Shown here: piece after piece, positions 20,199 through 29,757 of the stretch | Layout of the letters: every line of letters begins with the position of its first letter | Position numbering within the stretch: position 1 is the first letter of the stretch | NCBI GenBank assembly: GCA_041738755.1 | Contig: JBGSPE010000003.1 | Coordinates: forward strand, 1 to 60,601 | Reading direction: 5' to 3' | Source: Minisyncoccia bacterium | GTDB taxonomy: Bacteria; Patescibacteriota; Minisyncoccia; Phycocordibacterales; UBA918 | DNA length: 60,601 nt | The notes under the pieces: model-generated | Told to the model about the DNA's origin: nothing | The model's database searches: none | What the model saw: the letters and a program-made list of their open reading frames with translations, nothing else | Program-made: the position numbers and the translations under genes

Positions 20199-21200
20199 CT
20201 ACATTTTTCCTTGAGCTGCGAGGCTATTTTCTCGACAGACGTCGAGCAAGACCTTCTGTGAAGCTTCGATATTTTCAGGCTTCCCGCCCCAGGCATGAAG
20301 CATTGGTTCTTCAATCGCTCGCGAGAACGAAAACGTAATCGGCCACGGTTGGGCGCCAAGCTTGGCAATTGCATTAAGATTTTCGGTTGAACGTTTTGGG
20401 GTTTGTCCGCCAGAGAGGAAGACAATTCCAGCCACATCATGTGGAACTGATAGATGAAATGTGCGCAAGGTAGCCTGTGCAACTTGTTCAGGTGTTGAGA
20501 CATCCTGATGTTTGCTACCAGCTAAGACCATTGAAGATTTGAGTATGAGTCCTGAGAGATCTACCTGGTACTCCATGAGAGTCTGGAAAAGAATTTGCAG
20601 TGTCCGCGTGGTTACCTGCTCAGCTTTTACGAGTGAATGGTCACCTTCAAAAATCACTTCAGGCTCAACCATTGGGACAATACCAGCCGCTTGGGCCAAC
20701 TGAGCATAGCGAGCCAACATAATGGCATTAATCTTGAGTGATGCATCAGTCGGAAGTTCATCTTCATCAATCGTGATGACGGCTCGCCACTTGGCAAATC
20801 GTGCACCGAGGTCATAGTATTCTTCAAATCGTTTATCAAGATCATCAAGTCCTTGGGTCACGACTTCACCCTTGAAGCCATGGAGGTCTTTTACTCCAAG
20901 GTCTACCTTAATACCAGGAATAATTCCTTTAGCGAGTAACATATCGCCAAACGGAACGCCTTCGCTTGTTTCATCACGGAGTGTTGAGTCGTACAAAATA
21001 ACTCCAGAGATATATTCTTCAATCCCTGGTGCTCCAAGCATTGCCTCACGCCAAGCTCGTCGATTTTCTGGTGTGTTATCAAGACGCACCATATCAAGAC
21101 GCTTCCCGGCTGTGCTATCACTTTCATCAGCTGCTAAAATCCCTTTTCCTGATGCAAGCAGGGCAGCGGCAGTCTCGTATAGTTTCGTATTCTTTTTCAT
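20199..21200 (-). CDS. fba: Class I fructose-bisphosphate aldolase
   Basis: GKGILAADES, GIKVD.G, FAKWR, VPMVEPEV, FLSGGQ and FSFSRA; start set at MKKNT. Confidence 0.95.
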   Translation of the reverse strand: MKKNTKLYETAAALLASGKGILAADESDSTAGKRLDMVRLDNTPENRRAWREAMLGAPGIEEYISGVILYDSTLRDETSEGVPFGDMLLAKGIIPGIKVDLGVKDLHGFKGEVVTQGLDDLDKRFEEYYDLGARFAKWRAVITIDEDELPTDASLKINAIMLARYAQLAQAAGIVPMVEPEVIFEGDHSLVKAEQVTTRTLQILFQTLMEYQVDLSGLILKSSMVLAGSKHQDVSTPEQVAQATLRTFHLSVPHDVAGIVFLSGGQTPKRSTENLNAIAKLGAQPWPITFSFSRAIEEPMLHAWGGKPENIEASQKVLLDVCRENSLAAQGKM

Positions 21201-21220
21201 AATATCTATAGTGTAACAAA

Positions 21221-21246
21221 AGCCCCGGGCAAATAAGCCCGGGGCT
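21221..21246 (-). terminator. Terminator after the ABC permease
   Basis: AGCCCCGGGC-N6-GCCCGGGGCT followed by TTTGT on the minus strand. Confidence 0.65.
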
Positions 21247-21271
21247 GTGTGCAAGAGATAGAGTTCTGCAC

Positions 21272-22036
21272 TTAGGACCGGATTTTCCACCCCCGACGGA
21301 ATAATTGTGTCACCAAGATTCCCAATCCCAGTACGAGTCCCGCGATAACGAAAAACCCGATTACAATATTTCCTTCACTGTAGCCAATCATGCTACTCCT
21401 GATTCCGTCAGCAAAATAAAAGAATGGGTTGAATTGTGTAATGGTTGCAGCGAGCGGCGGTAAGAAGGTAATGGAGTAGAAAATACCTCCAAGATAGGTT
21501 AACGGTGTGATGACAAAGGTATTAAGAACCTGTAACTGCTCAAAACTCTCAGCCCACAGCGCAACGATAATTCCGAGCATGGCGAAGATGGCTGAGATGG
21601 CCGCGACATACAAAACAAACCCTAGTGGATTTACGAGCGAAATCGCTCCAAACAAAATCCCCGTAAGGAGAATGAGCCCGGCGACCATAAGCGCCCGCGT
21701 CACCGCACTCCCAACCAGACCAATCAACATCTCAAGATAGGAAAATGGTGCAATGAGCATCTCTTCAATTCCCCGCGTAAACCGCATGAAATAGAGTGAT
21801 GATGACGCGCTCGCAAACGACGCATTAATAATTGAAAGCATCAGTACTCCAGGAAATACAAAAGAGATGTACGGGACACCGGCAAAGTCTTCAATCTTGG
21901 TTCCAATCACCGTTCCAAAAATAAAGAGGTACAAAGCGGCTGATACCACTGGCGCCACCAGCGTCTGCACCACCACGCGCAAAGTCCGTTGTACCTCACG
22001 ACGAAACATCGTATAGAGTCCAATCCAATTTATCAT
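21272..22036 (-). CDS. ABC-2 type transporter permease (YadH-like)
   Basis: RREV.R, PGVLM, ITPLTYLGGIFYS and NPFFY; 6 TM. Confidence 0.9.
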   Translation of the reverse strand: MINWIGLYTMFRREVQRTLRVVVQTLVAPVVSAALYLFIFGTVIGTKIEDFAGVPYISFVFPGVLMLSIINASFASASSSLYFMRFTRGIEEMLIAPFSYLEMLIGLVGSAVTRALMVAGLILLTGILFGAISLVNPLGFVLYVAAISAIFAMLGIIVALWAESFEQLQVLNTFVITPLTYLGGIFYSITFLPPLAATITQFNPFFYFADGIRSSMIGYSEGNIVIGFFVIAGLVLGLGILVTQLFRRGWKIRS

Positions 22037-22782
22037 GCGTATTGTTTGTTATCTTGGCGAGTAATTTCAAGGTACCGCTCTTCAACGGTCTTGCCTCCCT
22101 GCATAAATTCTTCTTTTGTTCCATTGGCAACAATCTTGCCGTGATTGATAATCGCAATCTCATTACAGAGATACTGAATCTCTTCTAAGTAGTGTGAAGT
22201 CAAAATAATTGTCTTACCCTGCTCATTCATCTCTTTCAAGTACGCCCACAGATCACGGCGTTGCTCCACATCAACTCCAGCCGTCGGTTCATCAAGAATC
22301 AAAAGGTCTGGTGTGTGTACCAAGGCCCGCCCGAGCATAGCTCGGCGCTTCAATCCACCTGATAATTTTTGAAACTTTACATCTCGGTGTTCTTGCAAAT
22401 CAAACCGCTCAATCAAACCTTCAATGCGACTGTCACGTTCAGCTTTTTTGATACCGTAGTACCCACCCATGTAGTCCATGAGTTGTACTGGAGTTGAGAA
22501 GATATCGACATTGAATTCTTGCGGTGAGAGACCCACTTTGGTCCGAGCGAGTTTATAGTCCTTTACTACGTCGACCCCATCAATCAAAATAGTGCCTGAG
22601 GTCGGCTGAGCAATTCCGGTAATACAGTGAATGGTGGTCGACTTCCCTGCTCCATTTGGACCAAGTAGACCAAAGAAGGCGCCTCGCTCGACGGTCAGTG
22701 AAATGTTATCAACCGCAGTTTTGGCTCCCGGCCCACTTCCATAGGTCTTTACTAAATTTTTTATTTCGAGCATTGCTGACAT
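22033..22782 (-). CDS. ABC transporter ATP-binding protein (YadG-like)
   Basis: GPNGAGKST, LSGG, LILDEPT and SH motifs. Confidence 0.93.
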   Translation of the reverse strand: MSAMLEIKNLVKTYGSGPGAKTAVDNISLTVERGAFFGLLGPNGAGKSTTIHCITGIAQPTSGTILIDGVDVVKDYKLARTKVGLSPQEFNVDIFSTPVQLMDYMGGYYGIKKAERDSRIEGLIERFDLQEHRDVKFQKLSGGLKRRAMLGRALVHTPDLLILDEPTAGVDVEQRRDLWAYLKEMNEQGKTIILTSHYLEEIQYLCNEIAIINHGKIVANGTKEEFMQGGKTVEERYLEITRQDNKQYA

Positions 22783-22820
22783 AGGCTTACAGTATACTCC
22801 TCACGCTCACATAAAACAAA

Positions 22821-22863
22821 AAGCCCGGCTGCAGAATGACACAAGGTCATCCTGCAGCCGGGC
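22821..22863 (-). terminator. Terminator after the alpha-CTD protein gene
   Basis: GCCCGGCTGCAG..CTGCAGCCGGGC stem followed by TTTTTGTTTT on the minus strand. Confidence 0.7.
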
Positions 22864-22891
22864 AGTTTAATCAGATACTAAATTCCGAAAC

Positions 22892-23878
22892 TTATTTCAT
22901 CAAAGCCAAAAGCTTCGGGTCCAGAGTCATCCCTAACTCAAGACCATGAAGAGCAAGCTTACTTTCGACTAACTTAATTGCTTCGCTATCGTTACCAAGT
23001 AATTCTTCAACTTGAGCTTGTTTTGCCACAGCCACTTGGCCAAGGGTTATCAAACCAGCATCATGAAGTTTTTGAACATAAGAACTCTTAAGAGGACTGA
23101 AACAACCAGCTCGTCCGCTTTCTTCAATTAAAAGGTTGCCGCTTATCCAACGAGCACTGTGATAGGCCAAACGGGTTGCTAATTTAAATTGCAGCAACAA
23201 CGGAGACTCCATTCCTAAAGTAGCTCCTGCTTCTCCAAGATATTCTCTGATTTCCTCCACAGTTTTTCTACCAACATTTGGTAATAGTAACAGCTCCTTT
23301 TCAGTCATTACCGCAAGCTGCCCAATATAAGTGATAAAACGATTCTTAAGAGCATTTTGAGCTCTTACACTCAATGGGGCATCATCTATTTTTTGCCACG
23401 GATCAAATGAATGCTTATCCTCAAACAATTGAGTTGGTGAAAGAGTGACTCTCGTCAATAGCTTCACCCTTTGAGAGTTAAAAAGATACTGGAGCAATCG
23501 CTCGACAGCACTTCCCTCATGGAAATTATCTGAGTTTGCAATGGTAATGCGGCAATGCTGAATAATCACTCCTTGCTCATCTACACTTGGAACAAATACT
23601 CCACTAATCCAACCCTCAAACACCTCACGACTAAATATCGGAAATGCCTGGTAAGGATTACCTGGATTTGAGTAATGAGCTAAAAGAGCAATCTTTTCTC
23701 CAAAGCACTCTGACTCATCAGTTACCGTAGCGGTCACAAAGACTCCAAGCTTTCGCAGTTGCTCTGCAGCAAAGGTCTCGAGTTCTGATAATACTTGTTG
23801 TTGCCACACCACAAATGACTGGGATGTATTTTCAAATCCCGACTCAATGACACCAATGGGAAGACCTGGACCTGACAT
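22892..23878 (-). CDS. Orphan protein with tandem RNA polymerase alpha-CTD-like domains
   Basis: IDDAPLSVRAQNALKNRFITYIGQL..TEKELLLLPNVGRKTVEEIREYL, plus a second degenerate copy (LHDAGLITLGQV..LALHGLELGM). Confidence 0.8.
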   Translation of the reverse strand: MSGPGLPIGVIESGFENTSQSFVVWQQQVLSELETFAAEQLRKLGVFVTATVTDESECFGEKIALLAHYSNPGNPYQAFPIFSREVFEGWISGVFVPSVDEQGVIIQHCRITIANSDNFHEGSAVERLLQYLFNSQRVKLLTRVTLSPTQLFEDKHSFDPWQKIDDAPLSVRAQNALKNRFITYIGQLAVMTEKELLLLPNVGRKTVEEIREYLGEAGATLGMESPLLLQFKLATRLAYHSARWISGNLLIEESGRAGCFSPLKSSYVQKLHDAGLITLGQVAVAKQAQVEELLGNDSEAIKLVESKLALHGLELGMTLDPKLLALMK

Positions 23879-23954
23879 AAGAATTCTCCTTAGAATGTGT
23901 TGAGGTTTGGTTGACGAATGACTTTCTGAGGCGTACGATACAATACATATACAT

Positions 23955-24713
23955 ATGAGTCAAGAATTTGAGTGGCTACTTGCGGAGAAGTATAACGGCG
24001 TAAAAAACGACGCTTTTTACGCCGACTGTAAGCGCATGAGTCTTGGAGAACCCTTAGGATACCTCATTGGTCATGTACCCTTTCTGAACTGCACCATCTG
24101 GCTCGACTCACGCCCGCTCATCCCCCGCCCCGAGACCGAATACTGGACGGAAAAAGCCATCCAAGAAATCCACACCTCCCTCACCTCTCCCGAGGCCGGT
24201 CCTAGGGAGAAAGTAGCTGTGCTTGATCTTTGTGCGGGTAGCGGCTGTGTCGGTGTAGCAGCTGCAAAAGCGCTTCCAGAGGCTCAGGTAGACTTCTCTG
24301 AAATTGACGCCAAGCATATCCCAACCATTGAAAAAAACCTCGAACTTAATGAGATTGATACTAAGCGTACGACAGTACACCAAACGAATCTCTTTCAAGG
24401 TATCGAGAGGCGGTATGATTTTATTTTAGCGAACCCTCCATATATTGATGCCAACCTCAATCAAACAGATGAGTCAGTTATTGATTTTGAACCACACCTA
24501 GCTCTCTTTGGGGGAGACGGTGGTCTTGAAATAATTGAGCAACTCATTAATCAGGCCCCTCAATATCTGACTCCAGGTGGACAACTCTGGATTGAGCACG
24601 ATCCAGAGCAATCCAAGGCAATTGCTGACTTGGGTAGCAAGGCTGGGTTTGTGTGCAATACCCACCTCGATCAATTTGGATTAGAACGGTACTCTATCCT
24701 GGTGTTACAATAA
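23955..24713 (+). CDS. prmC: Release factor glutamine methyltransferase (HemK/PrmC)
   Basis: EPLGYLIG, LIPRPETE, LDLCAGSG and ANPPY. Confidence 0.93.
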   Translation: MSQEFEWLLAEKYNGVKNDAFYADCKRMSLGEPLGYLIGHVPFLNCTIWLDSRPLIPRPETEYWTEKAIQEIHTSLTSPEAGPREKVAVLDLCAGSGCVGVAAAKALPEAQVDFSEIDAKHIPTIEKNLELNEIDTKRTTVHQTNLFQGIERRYDFILANPPYIDANLNQTDESVIDFEPHLALFGGDGGLEIIEQLINQAPQYLTPGGQLWIEHDPEQSKAIADLGSKAGFVCNTHLDQFGLERYSILVLQ

Positions 24714-24719
24714 TCAGAT

Positions 24720-24965
24720 ATGGATCAAGCTCCCGTCACTACACTGCCCGAAATTGCGATTCTCCCTGCCCTACCTGTGGCTGACATGGTGACACTATTG
24801 TTCTATCTGGTAGCTATTCTCTACCTAATCTTTACCGGAATTTTGTATTACCACTGGAATGCGTACGCCAGCGATGCCAAAGTTATTGCCATTACCTATA
24901 TACTGTACTTTGTAATTACCATTCCCCTTCTGATTACCATGGGTACAAGCATAATTATAATGTAA
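24720..24965 (+). CDS. Hypothetical 2-TM membrane protein
   Basis: Hydrophobic ORF with YHW..Y; ATG 8 nt after TGTTACAAT. Confidence 0.7.
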   Translation: MDQAPVTTLPEIAILPALPVADMVTLLFYLVAILYLIFTGILYYHWNAYASDAKVIAITYILYFVITIPLLITMGTSIIIM

Positions 24966-24971
24966 TGCTGT

Positions 24972-25550
24972 ATGCTACTTGATAAACTCAGTTTAGAACC
25001 AGGTGAGGCCATCCTCAAAGTCGTGCGAAAACATTGGCTTGTTATCACGCTTGAGCTGGCCGGTATCGTCTTTGCCGGACTCCTACCGCTCTTACTGCTT
25101 GCAGCGTGGCTGCAAATCCCAGCCAGCTTACTGATAACCAACGTACCGACTGACGGTAGCCTGATTACCTTTGGTATCGCCACCTGGCTACTCTTATCTA
25201 CTTTTAGTGGCTTTATGGTCTGGACTCACTACTATCTTGATCTCTGGGTCATCACTGACCGCCGAATTATTTCGGTCGAACAAGTCCATTTTTTCAACCG
25301 TAACGTAGCCATTTTTCGACTCGAACGGTTGCAAGATATTGAATTTAAAATTAGTGGTCTTGTACAGACATTCTTCAATTTTGGCACACTCAGTGCACAA
25401 ACAGCAGGACACACTGAGGCTAATTTCAAATCAACCGGAATGCCGAACCCTGACCAACTCCAGAATATTATTCAATCCGCAATGGATGCTAGGTTGACCA
25501 CCCTTAACAACCGACCACACCTCAGTACAACCGAAATAATTGGTGAATAG
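24972..25550 (+). CDS. Membrane protein with a bacterial PH (bPH_2) domain
   Basis: RKHW, 2 TM, WVITDRRII..Q..FF.R...L.R.QD and FNFGTL. Confidence 0.82.
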   Translation: MLLDKLSLEPGEAILKVVRKHWLVITLELAGIVFAGLLPLLLLAAWLQIPASLLITNVPTDGSLITFGIATWLLLSTFSGFMVWTHYYLDLWVITDRRIISVEQVHFFNRNVAIFRLERLQDIEFKISGLVQTFFNFGTLSAQTAGHTEANFKSTGMPNPDQLQNIIQSAMDARLTTLNNRPHLSTTEIIGE

Positions 25551-25595
25551 CTTGAAAATAAAGGTTTTCTAACCTACAATACGATTAAACATAGT

Positions 25596-25775
25596 ATGGA
25601 CATTGAATCTGACAATGATGAACGTATCAGTAGTTCTGAACTAATTAGAACGGGTTTTTATTGGGGTATTGGTTTTTTCTTGTCAGCCATCCCCTTCATA
25701 ATTATATTAATACTTACGTACGTAATCGTTCTGTTAACGTATTTTAGTATTATGGATCCTTGGAAGGGTATGTAA
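25596..25775 (+). CDS. Putative 59-aa membrane protein (not in the ORF track)
   Basis: MDIESDNDERISSSELIRTGFYWGIGFFLSAIPFIIILILTYVIVLLTYFSIMDPWKGM fills the gap before hisS. Confidence 0.55.
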   Translation: MDIESDNDERISSSELIRTGFYWGIGFFLSAIPFIIILILTYVIVLLTYFSIMDPWKGM

Positions 25776-25799
25776 TAATTTCAGTAAACTATAGCTGTA

Positions 25800-27056
25800 A
25801 TGATAATGAGTAATAAAAAATTAAACACTGAGCCCTATAAAGGCGTCCGCGACTTCTATCCCGAAGACATGGCTATTCAGCAGTATATATTTACTATCTG
25901 GGCTAAAACCGCCGAACGTTTTGGGTTTGTTCGGTATGACGCCTCTGTGCTTGAACCATCAGATTTATACAAAGCCAAAGGTGCCGAGAATGAGGAGTTA
26001 GTCAATGAGCAGACCTACTCCTTCATCGACCGTGGTGAGCGAGAAGTAACCCTGCGTCCAGAAATGACTCCCACCGTCGCTCGAATGATTGCGGGTAAGC
26101 AGCGCGAACTCGCCTTCCCGGTACGCTGGTATTCTATTCCCAACTTTTTCCGGTACGAACGTCCACAAAAGGGTCGTCTTCGAGAATTCTGGCAATTAAA
26201 CTGTGACATTTTTGGTACCAATGATTTTTCATCGGATGTAGAAATTATCGCCTTAGCCTACCAGACCCTCATCGACTTTGGTGCCAAACCAGAACAATTT
26301 GAAATCCACATAAATGACCGGGCTCTGATGAATCGAATGTATTCAGCGCTTGGTGTTACTGAATCAATGATTGTTGAAATCAATCGTCTCAATGATAAAA
26401 AGAACAAGATTGATGACCAGTCGTACCGCACTGCTCTCAAAGAAATTACCGGAGACGGACTTATGGTTGAGGAGATTTCAATGATGCTTGAAAATAGTGA
26501 TGAGCAATCTGATGTACTCGCTGGGCTAGCTGAGCTTGGGATTACCAATGTGGTCTTTGATAAATTCTTAGCTCGTGGTTTTGATTATTACACTGGGACA
26601 GTATTTGAAATCGTGGATGTATCAGGAGAAAATAATCGCTCACTACTTGGCGGTGGAAGATTTGACAATCTCACCAGTATGTTTGGTGGTGAAGCTGTTT
26701 CTGCTATTGGTTTTGGCATGGGTGACGTCACAATGCGAGACTTTCTTGAGACACACAAGTTGTTACCCGAAAATCTCAAGAGTGCACCAACGGTAATGGT
26801 TATTCCAACCGAATCTGAATATAACCTCGAATCACAAAAAATAGCCAAGGAAATCCGTGACCAAGGTATTTCAGTTGTGACCAACATTAGTACGAAAAAG
26901 CTCGGAAAGAAAATTAGTGATGCAGCCCATAGCGGTTCAGCCTATATATTAATTGTGGGAGAGGACGAATTAACCTCTCAAAATTTTGTCCTCAAAAACC
27001 TCCAGACTGGCGAAGAAAAATCAGGCTCACTAGAAGTGATTAAAAAATTTCTATAG
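25800..27056 (+). CDS. hisS: Histidine--tRNA ligase
   Basis: KGVRDFYP, LRPEMT, FRYERPQKGRLREF, RGFDYYTG and GGGRFD. Confidence 0.97.
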   Translation: MIMSNKKLNTEPYKGVRDFYPEDMAIQQYIFTIWAKTAERFGFVRYDASVLEPSDLYKAKGAENEELVNEQTYSFIDRGEREVTLRPEMTPTVARMIAGKQRELAFPVRWYSIPNFFRYERPQKGRLREFWQLNCDIFGTNDFSSDVEIIALAYQTLIDFGAKPEQFEIHINDRALMNRMYSALGVTESMIVEINRLNDKKNKIDDQSYRTALKEITGDGLMVEEISMMLENSDEQSDVLAGLAELGITNVVFDKFLARGFDYYTGTVFEIVDVSGENNRSLLGGGRFDNLTSMFGGEAVSAIGFGMGDVTMRDFLETHKLLPENLKSAPTVMVIPTESEYNLESQKIAKEIRDQGISVVTNISTKKLGKKISDAAHSGSAYILIVGEDELTSQNFVLKNLQTGEEKSGSLEVIKKFL

Positions 27057-27125
27057 CAACACATCTCTCTTTCTTGACTCCCTTGTAATAATAGTGTTAA
27101 TTACCTTAAGAAAGGTAGGTGCGTT

Positions 27126-27440
27126 ATGTCTAAATCACAAACAACAGTTCACTTGGAACTACCGCCACTCTCACCCTCTGCGTTGGCCAAACTGGAAATT
27201 ATGGGACTAGCAAGTGACCCGGAACTTTCAACAATTTGTATTGTAGGTAGAGGCTCACTTACAAAGGAGCAGGAGGCAGAAAACCACCAACGAGCTGAAC
27301 TTCGCACAACGACGTGGTTGGCTATTATCAAAAAACATGGTGTTGAGGAGGAATATCTTGAACCTCTTCTGAAAGAACGAGCTCGTTTATGGTCGGAATT
27401 ATCTGCAGTTTGCCGAAAAATTGAAATGATTCGTACCTGA
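27126..27440 (+). CDS. Hypothetical protein (orphan cassette)
   Basis: 104-aa ORF with an AAGGTAGGT SD-like site and its own terminator at 27448-27486. Confidence 0.6.
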   Translation: MSKSQTTVHLELPPLSPSALAKLEIMGLASDPELSTICIVGRGSLTKEQEAENHQRAELRTTTWLAIIKKHGVEEEYLEPLLKERARLWSELSAVCRKIEMIRT

Positions 27441-27508
27441 AAAAATAAGCCGCTGCGACCAATTAGGTCACAGCGGCTTTTCGTTTGATATGATACAATC
27501 TTCCCACT

Positions 27509-28084
27509 ATGCGTTACGTCGTCTTTGACCTTGAGACTCAGAATATTTTCCAAGAGGTAGGCTCAAGCGACCCGACCGCCCTCGATATCTCGGTCGCCAC
27601 TGCTTATGATAGCGAGACCGACACCTATACAACAGTCACCATTGATGATATCGATACCCTCTGGCCAATTTTTGAAAAAGCCGATGCTCTTGTGGGATAC
27701 AATAGTAACCATTTTGATATTCCGCTGTTAAACAAATACTACCCTGGCGATCTCACTACCATTAAAAGCATTGATTTGTTAGAAGATATTAAAGCGTCAC
27801 TCGGGCGGAGACTACGGCTTGATAGTGTGGCCCAAGCAACCATTGGTGCCAAAAAATCAGCGGATGGGCTGCAGGCCGTCCGCTGGTGGCGCGAAGGTAA
27901 TCTTAAAGACCTTAAGAAATACTGCGAACAAGATGTCAAAGTTACCAAAGAGATTTTTGAATACGCCAGAAAACACGGTCATGTAAAATTCAAAGACGGA
28001 CACCGCAAGCGTGATATCGTCCTCAATATCGCTCACTGGGAAGAAGCTAGCGATAGCGCAATGACTCACTCCTTTCTATTCTAA
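27509..28084 (+). CDS. RNase H-like (YprB/RNase_H_2, DEDD) exonuclease domain protein
   Basis: VFDLET, VGYNS..FD.P, IDLL and YCEQDV. Confidence 0.85.
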   Translation: MRYVVFDLETQNIFQEVGSSDPTALDISVATAYDSETDTYTTVTIDDIDTLWPIFEKADALVGYNSNHFDIPLLNKYYPGDLTTIKSIDLLEDIKASLGRRLRLDSVAQATIGAKKSADGLQAVRWWREGNLKDLKKYCEQDVKVTKEIFEYARKHGHVKFKDGHRKRDIVLNIAHWEEASDSAMTHSFLF

Positions 28085-28890
28085 CCAACGAGATAGACAT
28101 ATCCTACAAAAGCTGAAAGTACGACACTGTACCAAACAAACGGCCATAGTGTGTACTTACGAATAAACGCGAGGAAAAAGTGAATCACGATAAAAGCGGT
28201 AACAAATGCGGTGATTGCACCGATATAAATCGGTGTCCATTCAACAACTGTCCCAGCTTGAAGGAGGTCGAGAGTCTTTTTAATTCCAACGCCTAACGTA
28301 ATAGGGATAGCAAGAAGGAAGGAGAAGCGTGATGCTTCGTAACGCGACAATCCAATCATCATTCCACCTGCGATGGTTGCCCCCGAACGGGAAAATCCGG
28401 GCATCAAGGCCAATACTTGAAATAACCCAATTTGTAATCCCCGCTTTTTTGTAATACTCCCGTGTGTCGGACGTTGGAAATATTTCCACTCAGCATACAA
28501 GAAAAAGACCGCTCCACACAAAAGAACTCCGGCCACAATGAGTGAGGACTGCAGATAGGTTGAAATAATATCTTCTAGGAAGAATCCGATTACTGCGGCC
28601 GGAATAGTTCCTATAATAAGGGCATAAAAAAGTGTGAGGTCTCGCTCATTGACCGGCAAACGACCGAGTTTACGCAAGACCGCTTGGAGCAAGGTCCATA
28701 AATCATTCCAAAAATAAATAATTACTGACGCGGTGGTGGCAAAGTGCAACACTGCATCGTAGGCCAGCGCATCATCAAGCTTCATATCAAAGAGGTCTCG
28801 AACGAGGACCAGATGTCCCGTTGAAGAGATGGGGAGGAATTCGGTAATTCCTTGGACAAGACCGAGGATAATAGCGTCGATAACTTCCAT
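28081..28890 (-). CDS. uppP: Undecaprenyl-diphosphate phosphatase
   Basis: GLVQGITEFLPISSTGH and PGFSRSGATI; start set at MEVID. Confidence 0.96.
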   Translation of the reverse strand: MEVIDAIILGLVQGITEFLPISSTGHLVLVRDLFDMKLDDALAYDAVLHFATTASVIIYFWNDLWTLLQAVLRKLGRLPVNERDLTLFYALIIGTIPAAVIGFFLEDIISTYLQSSLIVAGVLLCGAVFFLYAEWKYFQRPTHGSITKKRGLQIGLFQVLALMPGFSRSGATIAGGMMIGLSRYEASRFSFLLAIPITLGVGIKKTLDLLQAGTVVEWTPIYIGAITAFVTAFIVIHFFLAFIRKYTLWPFVWYSVVLSAFVGYVYLVG

Positions 28891-28958
28891 TGCAAATGAG
28901 TATACCACGTGATTACATGTGGTATAATTTTTTTATAACCAGCTTGTAATACTATTTT

Positions 28959-29717
28959 ATGGACCCCTATTCATCAGAATCAAAACAATCTGTCGCTGTA
29001 CCAGTTGCAATTGTGGCAGGCTTTGCCATGATTGCCATCGCCATATTTTTTACCGGTAACCGAGTTGATGTACCGAGCAGTACCCCACCACCAGTTCAAG
29101 ATAACGCAACTGAGGTAATAGCGGGAACACCCCGCCCAGTTGATGAAACCGATTATATTCGCGGTAATCCAAACGCACCGATTTTGATGATTGAGTATTC
29201 TGACTATGACTGTCCGTTCTGTAAGCAGTATCACGAAAGCATGAAGCAGATTATGGATGAATATGGAGTAACAGGTAGAGTCGCCTGGGTCTACCGACAG
29301 TTTCCACTGGTACAACTCCATCCGAATGCACCCCTCATAAGTGAAGCGGCACTGTGTGTAGGAGATATCGGTGGAGGCGAAGCATTTTGGCGCTTTTCGG
29401 ATTTAATCTTTGAAGAACGAGGTATCGATGAATTTACCAACGTAACGCTGCTTCCTGACTACGCTGAAGAAGTTGGTGTGAGTCGTAATGAATACCAGTC
29501 ATGTGTCGATAGTAACCGCATGGAAGCGGCAGTGACAGCGAGTCTTGAAGATGGCTTTAATGTTGGTGCGAGAGGTACCCCGTATACCATTCTCATCGTC
29601 GGTAATCAACAAGCGGTCATCAATGGTGCTCAACCATATGACACCATTAAAGGCATCATTGATAATCTTATCGGTCAGCTTGACGGCACAATTGGTACCA
29701 CTACCACCCCTTCATAA
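28959..29717 (+). CDS. Membrane-anchored DsbA-family thioredoxin-fold protein
   Basis: N-terminal TM, EYSDYDCPFC and the cis-Pro GTP motif. Confidence 0.92.
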   Translation: MDPYSSESKQSVAVPVAIVAGFAMIAIAIFFTGNRVDVPSSTPPPVQDNATEVIAGTPRPVDETDYIRGNPNAPILMIEYSDYDCPFCKQYHESMKQIMDEYGVTGRVAWVYRQFPLVQLHPNAPLISEAALCVGDIGGGEAFWRFSDLIFEERGIDEFTNVTLLPDYAEEVGVSRNEYQSCVDSNRMEAAVTASLEDGFNVGARGTPYTILIVGNQQAVINGAQPYDTIKGIIDNLIGQLDGTIGTTTTPS

Positions 29718-29721
29718 CCAT

Positions 29722-29757
29722 AATAAAAACCCCTCGCCATTGGCGAGGGGTTTTTAT
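29722..29757. terminator. Bidirectional terminator
   Basis: ATAAAAACCCCTCGCCA/TGGCGAGGGGTTTTTAT inverted repeat between convergent genes. Confidence 0.8.

Noticed and set aside
23928-23937. GAGGCGTACG as a fourth copy of the palindromic element
   Set aside because: It lacks the GTACG-NTGA arm, the CAACAAAG motif and flanking stems; it is probably part of the prmC promoter region.
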